From a candidate division WOR-3 bacterium (GTDB lineage: Bacteria > Hydrothermota > Tepidihabitantia > Tepidihabitantales > Tepidihabitantaceae): a stretch of DNA of 64,000 bases. The position numbers and the translations under genes are program-made. The first letter of the stretch is position 1; each line of letters begins with the position of its first letter. Of this stretch, positions 57,549 to 64,000 are shown in pieces. The DNA lies in the NCBI GenBank assembly GCA_026418295.1, contig JAOABP010000002.1, positions 26,244 through 90,243 on the forward strand, in the 5' to 3' direction. Under the pieces are notes generated by a model. It saw only the letters and a program-made list of their open reading frames with translations. It was not told where the DNA came from and did no database searches.

Positions 57549-57952
57549 TGATGCTCCGATCTTTTTACCAGTTCGGCGTAGGCGGTATGGTCCAGCAGGC
57601 TGTTAATCTCTTCCGGGTGGGAGATTTTAATTCGGCAGAGCCAGCCCTGACCATAGGGGTCCCGGTTGACCATTGCCGGCGCCTCGCCTTCTGCCTTGTG
57701 GATTTGAGTATTTACTTCGATCACCTCTCCCGAGAGTGGGGCGTAGATATCCGATGTTGCCTTGACCGCCTCGATAAAACCGATCGGATCGTTCTGTTTG
57801 ACCGTTTTGCCAAGTGCGGTGATCTCCACATAGACAACATCGGAAAGTTCGTGCTGAGCGAAATCGGTGATTCCCACAGTGGCAATGTCGCCTTCAATTC
57901 TTGCCCACTCGTGGGTTTTTGTATATTTCAGATCCTCAGGAATTTGTGCCAT
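57545..57952 (-). CDS. gcvH: glycine cleavage system H protein
   Basis: YTKTHEWARIEGDIATVGITDFAQHELSDVVYVE…EAVKATSDIYAPLSGEV (lipoyl-Lys). Confidence 0.93.
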   Translation of the reverse strand: MAQIPEDLKYTKTHEWARIEGDIATVGITDFAQHELSDVVYVEITALGKTVKQNDPIGFIEAVKATSDIYAPLSGEVIEVNTQIHKAEGEAPAMVNRDPYGQGWLCRIKISHPEEINSLLDHTAYAELVKRSEHH

Positions 57953-57963
57953 TTATATCCTCC

Positions 57964-59061
57964 TTATTTCTTCCTTGAGCCGGACTTGTAAAATGGTGGG
58001 GGGACTACAACCGCTCTTGCACGGTGGTTGCGGATTTCTATCGTCAACTCGGTCCCGGATGATGAAAACCGGCGCTGGACATAGGCAAGGGCGATTCCCT
58101 TGTTCAGCGAAGGGGACATCGTGCCTGAGGTCGTGATGCCAATCTGATTGTCATCGGCAAAGACCGGCAGGCGGGGACGGGGAATTGCCTTTTCCAGCAT
58201 CTCCAGGCAGACGAGACGGCGTGCCGGTTTTTCCTGTGCTACCTGCTTTAATACTTCAGACCCAATAAATCCGCCCGGTTTATCCAGCTTAACGACGAAG
58301 CCGAGTCCGGCTTCGAGCGGGTTGGTGGTCTGGTCAATGTCATTGCCGTAGAGGCAGTATTTCATTTCCAGCCGCAGGGTGTCACGGGCACCAAGCCCGA
58401 TCGGTTCAATTTCAAACTCCCTGCCGGCTTCCATCAGCGCATCCCAGACCGCAAGAGCGCTTTGCGCGGGAATATAGAGTTCAAATCCATCTTCTCCGGT
58501 ATAGCCGGTCCTGGAGATGAGGCAGTCAATACCAGCAATTTTGCCCTCGGTTGCCCAGTAGAACCCTACAGGTGCAAGATCAATTGAGCAGATTTTCTGC
58601 AGGCAGGGCTCGGCTTTGGGGCCCTGAATCGCCAGCTGTGCTACTGCATCGGTAATGTTTTCAATCCGGACATCGCCGTTGCGGTGCTCAAGCAGCCATT
58701 GGGTATCCTTTTCATTATTGGCGCCGTTGACTACGAGTAGATAGTGATCTGGCAGGCGGTAAACTACCAGGTCATCGACAATTCCACCGTCAGGATAACA
58801 CATGACTGAATACTGTGCCTGATATACCGCCAATGTTGATGCATCGTTAGTGGTCATATGATTGATAAACCGGAGTGCATCGTTTCCCGAAATGCGGATT
58901 CTGCCCATATGAGAAACATCAAATACTCCTACTTTCGTGCGCACGTGGTGATGTTCGGGGATTATGCCCTTAAATTGAACTGGTAGATGATAGCCCGCAA
59001 ACTCGATGATTTTGCCGCCGGCACTCAGATGACGCGGATAGAATGGAGTCTGTTTTATCAT
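57964..59061 (-). CDS. gcvT: glycine cleavage system aminomethyltransferase T
   Basis: KQTPFYPRHLSAGGKIIEFAGYHLPVQF; 365 aa. Confidence 0.93.
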   Translation of the reverse strand: MIKQTPFYPRHLSAGGKIIEFAGYHLPVQFKGIIPEHHHVRTKVGVFDVSHMGRIRISGNDALRFINHMTTNDASTLAVYQAQYSVMCYPDGGIVDDLVVYRLPDHYLLVVNGANNEKDTQWLLEHRNGDVRIENITDAVAQLAIQGPKAEPCLQKICSIDLAPVGFYWATEGKIAGIDCLISRTGYTGEDGFELYIPAQSALAVWDALMEAGREFEIEPIGLGARDTLRLEMKYCLYGNDIDQTTNPLEAGLGFVVKLDKPGGFIGSEVLKQVAQEKPARRLVCLEMLEKAIPRPRLPVFADDNQIGITTSGTMSPSLNKGIALAYVQRRFSSSGTELTIEIRNHRARAVVVPPPFYKSGSRKK

Positions 59062-59145
59062 GGACAGATATCTTAATTATAATGGTCAGAAAAGTCAAGA
59101 AAATGCAATTTGACACCAGCCGCAGAAACAATAAGATAAAAGAAC

Positions 59146-60378
59146 TTGATGCTGCTTTTGATAATCCAGCTCCTCGTGAGTCAGGTTGGGAGAGGAGAAA
59201 TTCGGGCAGTATATTTTGCCGCCGACAGTCTGGGAAGAAGACTTGTGGACTTTCTTGACGGTGCGACTGCTTCAGTTGACTACTGCTTTTACAACTCCTC
59301 CCGTAGTGATGTCGTTGAGGCGCTGATTCGGGCGCACGACCGCGGGGTCCGGGTACGGGTGATTACCGACAACAGCCGGATGGACGATGAATGGGTGGCA
59401 CGGTTGCGGAATGCCGATATTCCGGTCTGGTCAGATGCCGGATTTCCGGGGGAAACTTATTATATGCACAACAAGTTTGCTGTCCGCGATCTGGCTGATG
59501 ATGACAGCCTGAATGATCTGCTGTGGACCGGTTCCTATAATCCCAATCAGGATGAACTTAATGCCGATTTTGCAATTGAAATTGCTCATTCCGGCATTGC
59601 CCGGGCATATCTTGATGAATTCAATCAGATGTGGGGTTCATCAGGCGGTCTGCCAGTCCGGGACAGCGCCCGGTTTCACAGCCGGAAGCAGGATGTTTTG
59701 ACCGTCCACCGTTTTCTCATTGAAGATTGTCCGGTATATGTCTATTTTGCACCTCAGGACCGGGTGGTTGATTCCATCACCGCCTGGCTCCGACAGGCGC
59801 GCCAGGAGATCTTTTTTGTCATCTTTTCCTTTACCTATCAGCCACTGGGGACGGTGATGATTGAACGCCGGCAGAATGGGATTACGGTCCTAGGCGTCAT
59901 TGACAAATCCGGGGCAAATGACCCTGCTTCTCAGTATCCGGTGCTCAAGAGCAGCGGTATCCCGGTACTGATTGATTCCGTACCGTTCGGCAGTAAGGTG
60001 CTGCATGAAAAGATCGTTGTCCTTGATCGCTCAAAGGTGATTGCCGGTTCTGCAAACTGGTCCAACAATGCCAATTTCAACAATGACGAGAATGTGCTTT
60101 TCATTTTCAGCTCAAATGTCGCCAAGCGGTTCTATCCCGAGCTCGTAGCCCGGTATCGGGAAAGTGGAGGGTCACTGCCTCCGGGGATCAGGGAAGGAGA
60201 TAAAGAAAGACCGGTGATTCGGTTCCGGCGGGCAAGGAGCAGATTCCGTTCTGCCCTTGGAGACGTTATTTATGATTCTGCAGGCAGAAGAATTGCGCCG
60301 GGGGGGATCATGACTTCCGGTTTGTATTTTCAGCTGGCACCGGATAGTGGTAGTTTCCGGCTTGTCTTTCTACATTAG
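59146..60378 (+). CDS. phospholipase D-family protein with two HKD motifs
   Basis: YYMHNKFAVRD (HxK 1) and LHEKIVVLDRSKVIAGSANWSNNA (HxK…N 2). Start codon uncertain: the ATG at 59146 gives no signal peptide; a GTG near 59179 is an alternative. Confidence 0.7.
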   Translation: MMLLLIIQLLVSQVGRGEIRAVYFAADSLGRRLVDFLDGATASVDYCFYNSSRSDVVEALIRAHDRGVRVRVITDNSRMDDEWVARLRNADIPVWSDAGFPGETYYMHNKFAVRDLADDDSLNDLLWTGSYNPNQDELNADFAIEIAHSGIARAYLDEFNQMWGSSGGLPVRDSARFHSRKQDVLTVHRFLIEDCPVYVYFAPQDRVVDSITAWLRQARQEIFFVIFSFTYQPLGTVMIERRQNGITVLGVIDKSGANDPASQYPVLKSSGIPVLIDSVPFGSKVLHEKIVVLDRSKVIAGSANWSNNANFNNDENVLFIFSSNVAKRFYPELVARYRESGGSLPPGIREGDKERPVIRFRRARSRFRSALGDVIYDSAGRRIAPGGIMTSGLYFQLAPDSGSFRLVFLH

Positions 60379-60480
60379 AGTTTGTTAATATTCCGAACAA
60401 TTTTTCTGCTAAAACTGCCCCGGCAGGACATAGAAAAACATGGTAAACACTGGAACCGAAATGAATGGAGCAAATTAAAT

Positions 60481-60508
60481 TTGACTTCTCTGCACCCGGA
60501 TATATAAT
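60481..60508 (+). promoter_or_regulatory. sigma-70-like promoter TTGACT-16nt-TATAAT
   Basis: TTGACT 60481-60486; TATAAT 60503-60508; RBS AAGGAG; GTG at 60577. Confidence 0.5.
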
Positions 60509-60576
60509 TAACATCAATCTAAATTACGATGGCTCGGTCAAAGTCACCAAGTTTTATAACCAAAAAGGAGTTCAAG

Positions 60577-62841
60577 GTGAGAAATGTCCGTTATTTGATC
60601 ATTACTGTCGTACTGCTTTCGGCGTTAATTTTTTTCGCCCCGGCAGTACAGGCACGGCAGATGATTGTCCGGGTTGATGTGCCGGACTATCCCACGCTTT
60701 ATCAGCATATTCCCTTTAAGGGAAGTTCAATTGAAATTGCCGGTGCACAGCCCGGCAAGTCTTATGACCTGCTGGTGGACGAAAGTGATCTGCCGCTGGT
60801 GCTCAATTCCGGACTTAAGGCTGAGATTGTAGTGCCGGACTTGGAGGCACAGAAGCAGGAAGCGGCGGCGTTTGGATTTTACTGTTCTTACGATTCGCTC
60901 TTATCGATTATGCGCAACTGGGCAGCAAGCTATCCTTCAATCTGTCGGCTGGAGTCAATCGGTCAGACCTATCAGGGACGCTGGATTTACGGAGTCAAAA
61001 TTTCGGATAATGTGAATCTGGATGAGGAGGAGCCCGAGGTGCTGCTGGAGGCGATGCATCATTCCCGGGAATGGGCGACACCTCAGGCGGCAAGGTATTT
61101 TGCCGATACGATACTGCGCAACTACACAACCAACCCAGCTTTTCAGAATTTTGTTGACAATCACGAACTCTGGGTTTTCCCGATTATAAATGTTGACGGT
61201 TATGTCTATGACTATCCCAGTCAGCGCAGCTGGCGCAAGAACCGTCAGCCCTACGGTTCGGCTATCGGTTGCGACCCGAATCGCGATTATAATGGTGCCT
61301 GCAACGGTTCCAGAATGGCAGACTGGGGGGCGCTCGTTCCGGGGTCACGATCTTCTCACCTACCTTCGGATGAAACATTCATGGGCGGATATGGTGCCTG
61401 GGGTTATGAGGTGAATGCCTTGTGTAACTTCTTTAAACAGCGGACATTCTTGGCAGATATTTCTCTGCATTCATATTCTGAACTGGTGCTCTGGCCCTAT
61501 GGAAATGGCGAGACACCACCTGACAACAATACATTTGTCAGTCTTGGTCAGAGGATGGCACAGCAGATGCAGAAGCTCTCCGGAGGAACTTATACCCCCG
61601 AGCCTTCAAGTGAGCTTTACCCGACTGCCGGCGGCTCAATCGATTGGATGTATGGCTGGGCACGGCATATCGGTGGCTTTCCCTGTCTTTCCTATGTTTT
61701 TGAGATTGGTACGACTTTTTATCAGAATGTAAGTCAGCTGGATGCAATTCAGCGCGAAGTGTTCAAGGGCATCTGGTATCTCTTTAACCGTGCGGATTCA
61801 ATTGGTGAGGTGCTGGAAGGTGTGGTACCTAGGCCGATTCTGGCAGTGATGGATTCAAGTCTTACCGGCACATTTACTGTGCACTGGTCTCCGATCCGGC
61901 CTGAGCATAATCATCCGGAGAAGTGGGAGCTGGAGGAGCTGAGCGGTTTGAGTGTGGTAACCGAGGATTTTGAGTCCGGTTCTGCCCGCTGGGTTCTGCA
62001 AGGTGCTTCACTGTCATCCACACAGAAGCATGCCGGTAGTTACAGTGTGTCACTCGGGACGGGAAACAACATTTCCAACTATGCGATGACCGCTGATCCT
62101 TATCCGGTTCAACCCGGTGACAGTCTGATTTACTGGATCTGGTATAATACCGAAGCAAACTATGATGTTGTGGTGACCGAAGTGTCGCTGGAAGGCAAGG
62201 AGTGGATTCAGCTGCATAACCGTTACGACGGCAATTCCGGGGGGTGGCTACGTAAGGCTTATTCACTTGATCCATGGGCAGGAAAATCGGTCTACATCCG
62301 ATTTCGGTATATGACGGATGATAATACATTGGGCAGCGGGGTGTATGTTGATGATGTTTATCCGGTGCCGTCATTTGCCAGTCGCCGGCTGGTTGCCAGT
62401 AATATTACCGACACGATGTATGAGGTTACGGTTGCTGAACCCGGTCAATACTGGTATCGGGTACGGGGTTATAATTCCACTTGGGGCTGGGGTGATTATG
62501 GACCGCTGGAGGATATCATTGTTACCGGAAGCGGAGTTGCCGAGCAGCCAAAGGTAAAGCGATATCGGACCGATCTGAGTCTCCTCGGTCCCAATCCTGC
62601 TTCCGGTGCCGGCATCCGGATTCAATACTCACTTGCTCACAGCGGTAATGCTGAGCTGGCAGTTTTCGATGCTACGGGCAGGGCGGTGCGCAGGCTGATA
62701 TCGGGCGTGGTGCCCGCAGGGGAGTATCAGATTAACTGGGATGGAGCTGATAGTCAGGGGAAGAGACTACCAGCCGGCGTCTATTTCTGCCGTCTGATTG
62801 CTGACGAGACAAGAACCGGACGGATTGTTCTCAACCGCTGA
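60577..62841 (+). CDS. secreted M14 zinc carboxypeptidase with T9SS C-terminal sorting domain
   Basis: GTG start after AAGGAG. Signal peptide YLIITVVLLSALIFFAPAVQA. M14 zinc-binding HSREWAT and downstream His. C-terminal AELAVFDATGRAVRRLISG…YQINWDGADSQGKRLPAGVYFCRL…GRIVLNR T9SS CTD. Confidence 0.82.
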   Translation: MRNVRYLIITVVLLSALIFFAPAVQARQMIVRVDVPDYPTLYQHIPFKGSSIEIAGAQPGKSYDLLVDESDLPLVLNSGLKAEIVVPDLEAQKQEAAAFGFYCSYDSLLSIMRNWAASYPSICRLESIGQTYQGRWIYGVKISDNVNLDEEEPEVLLEAMHHSREWATPQAARYFADTILRNYTTNPAFQNFVDNHELWVFPIINVDGYVYDYPSQRSWRKNRQPYGSAIGCDPNRDYNGACNGSRMADWGALVPGSRSSHLPSDETFMGGYGAWGYEVNALCNFFKQRTFLADISLHSYSELVLWPYGNGETPPDNNTFVSLGQRMAQQMQKLSGGTYTPEPSSELYPTAGGSIDWMYGWARHIGGFPCLSYVFEIGTTFYQNVSQLDAIQREVFKGIWYLFNRADSIGEVLEGVVPRPILAVMDSSLTGTFTVHWSPIRPEHNHPEKWELEELSGLSVVTEDFESGSARWVLQGASLSSTQKHAGSYSVSLGTGNNISNYAMTADPYPVQPGDSLIYWIWYNTEANYDVVVTEVSLEGKEWIQLHNRYDGNSGGWLRKAYSLDPWAGKSVYIRFRYMTDDNTLGSGVYVDDVYPVPSFASRRLVASNITDTMYEVTVAEPGQYWYRVRGYNSTWGWGDYGPLEDIIVTGSGVAEQPKVKRYRTDLSLLGPNPASGAGIRIQYSLAHSGNAELAVFDATGRAVRRLISGVVPAGEYQINWDGADSQGKRLPAGVYFCRLIADETRTGRIVLNR

Positions 62842-62859
62842 CAGGCTTGCAGCAGAAGA

Positions 62860-63612
62860 TTAGGGGTGCTGATTTTGGTCAGCACCCCTTTTTGAAGTTA
62901 CCAAGCTTTTTGAGGGGAGATATTGGAATTTGAGATTATGAATTCCCCAGAAGAGATTGGTTTTGATCCGGTGGTCCTGCCGACTGAGCCGGTTGAGGAA
63001 ACGGCGAACCAAAAGTCGGTGGCTTTTTTGCTGGTAGGGGCATTGGTTACGGACCGGTCTGATGCCGGCGCTTTTCAGGCGGGAGCGAATCATCTCTTCA
63101 GTGAAGTAATAGAGGGGGCGAATGATGGTCAGGGCACCGTTAAAAAGCGGTTGGACCGGAATGATGGTGCTGGCAGAGGCGGTAAAAAGCAGATTCAAGA
63201 GAAAGGTCTCATTCACATCCTCCAGATGGTGTCCGAGTGCAACCTTTGTGCAACCAAGTTTTGCTGCAGTCTGAAACAGCGCTTTGCGCCGTTCCCGGGC
63301 ACAGAAGAAGCAGGACTCCGAGTGTGTCTGCCGGAGTTTCTGGGGCACATCAATTTGTTTAATTATGCAGCTAAGTCCAAGTCTAGTGCAGATTTTTTCG
63401 ATTCTTTCAGTTTTCCACTCCGGAAAGCCGGGGTGGATGTGAACCGGTAGGAGTTGCCAGTTCAACTGCTGGCGGCGATTGTAATTTACAAGTGTCAGCA
63501 GCAGACACAGGCTGTCTGCCCCTCCAGAAACTCCAATGACCACCCGTTCATTTTCTTTGAGCAGCTGATTGGGGGGCAGAGCCCGGCGCAGGAGCCGTTC
63601 TGCTGGTTTCAA
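62860..63612 (-). CDS. PP-loop ATPase, TtcA-like tRNA 2-thiocytidine synthetase family
   Basis: PP-loop VVIGVSGGADSLCLL; CFFCARERRKAL (TtcA-type CxxC); second Cys pair later. Start apparently TTG, overlapping the upstream stop (TTGA). Confidence 0.7.
   Translation of the reverse strand: MKPAERLLRRALPPNQLLKENERVVIGVSGGADSLCLLLTLVNYNRRQQLNWQLLPVHIHPGFPEWKTERIEKICTRLGLSCIIKQIDVPQKLRQTHSESCFFCARERRKALFQTAAKLGCTKVALGHHLEDVNETFLLNLLFTASASTIIPVQPLFNGALTIIRPLYYFTEEMIRSRLKSAGIRPVRNQCPYQQKSHRLLVRRFLNRLSRQDHRIKTNLFWGIHNLKFQYLPSKSLVTSKRGADQNQHP
62863..62896. terminator. rho-independent terminator GGGGTGCTGA-TTTTGG-TCAGCACCCC + TTTTT
   Basis: 10-bp perfect stem at 62863-62872 / 62879-62888 with a T-run. 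Lies downstream of the M14 gene and within the last codons of the convergent TtcA-like ORF. Confidence 0.7.
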
Positions 63613-64000
63613 CTTTGGGTGTCGGAATTTTTGCGCCTTGGGAGAACTATTTCCGGAAACTGGCGGAGCTGTTCCCAGAAAAGTTCCTCAATTTGCTTTA
63701 GCCGTTCCGGCGTGCGGGCTTCAAACCTGAGCACGAGAATCGGTTGAGTATTGGAGGCACGCACCAGACCCCAGCCGTCGTCAAAAACTACCCGAGCACC
63801 ATCAATGTCAATTACCTGATAGTTCTTTCGGAAATGATCCTGTAATTTTTTGACTATGTGAAATTTGAGCTGGTCGGCATCCGGGCTCGTAATCCGGACC
63901 CGGATTTCCGGAGTGGCACAGTAGTAAGGGATTTCTGCGGTCAGCTGGGAAAGGGATTTGCCTGTGGTATCAAGGATCTGAAGGAGACGGAGGGAGGCGA
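63609..64000 (-). CDS. phosphoglucosamine mutase/phosphomannomutase-family protein, C-terminal 129 aa only (N-terminus beyond window end)
   Basis: Manual reverse translation: …GARVVFDDGWGLVRASNTQPILVLRFEARTPERLKQIEELF…, the characteristic alpha-D-phosphohexomutase C-terminal domain. Confidence 0.8.
   Translation of the reverse strand, partial: ASLRLLQILDTTGKSLSQLTAEIPYYCATPEIRVRITSPDADQLKFHIVKKLQDHFRKNYQVIDIDGARVVFDDGWGLVRASNTQPILVLRFEARTPERLKQIEELFWEQLRQFPEIVLPRRKNSDTQS

Noticed and set aside
62923-63747. plus-strand ORFs of 175 and 97 aa
   Set aside because: They are antisense to the TtcA-like and phosphohexomutase genes, which have clear motifs.

Overview
This 64-kb window is a high-GC (about 58-60%) bacterial chromosomal segment. 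It is dense with housekeeping genes, interrupted by a few accessory-looking insertions. The organism looks Gram-negative (lpxB present). It carries sigma-54 machinery and at least two cargo proteins with type IX secretion (T9SS) C-terminal sorting domains, so it probably belongs to an FCB-like or candidate phylum; I cannot name it from sequence alone. Main contents, left to right: (1) a nitrogen module of gdhA (5'-partial), tmRNA, a GAF histidine kinase plus NtrC-type sigma-54 activator, a near-consensus sigma-54 promoter, a duplicated Cys-motif small protein and a second GDH; (2) an M23 peptidase, a 1240-aa C25 (gingipain-like) peptidase with T9SS CTD, fhs, gpsA and plsY; (3) a lone MmeI-like Type IIG/IIL restriction-modification gene with an AT-rich internal segment; (4) apgM, a stand-alone IMP-cyclohydrolase domain, and the ribosomal alpha operon (rpsM-rpsK-rpsD-rpoA-rplQ) followed by panD-LytR_C-rsfS-ptsN; (5) envelope and glycolipid genes (lpxB, a DPPR-synthase-like UbiA, a YfhO GT-C membrane protein) next to a 2Fe-2S/FAD oxidoreductase pair and purQ; (6) hbd and xseAB; (7) a ~590-bp AT-rich non-coding region with perfect palindromes, then a consensus sigma-70 promoter driving a tandem-repeat HEAT protein; (8) an orphan ABC permease pair, PEBP and radC; (9) a glycine-cleavage operon (gcvT-H-PA-PB) with an embedded Cys-rich micro-protein and a GlmL/MutL-like ASKHA protein; (10) a two-HKD PLD-like protein, an M14 carboxypeptidase with T9SS CTD, a TtcA-like PP-loop ATPase and a 5'-partial phosphohexomutase. 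No rRNA, tRNA (other than tmRNA), CRISPR arrays or transposases were recognised. All calls rest on reading the six-frame translations and the DNA by eye; no database search was run.
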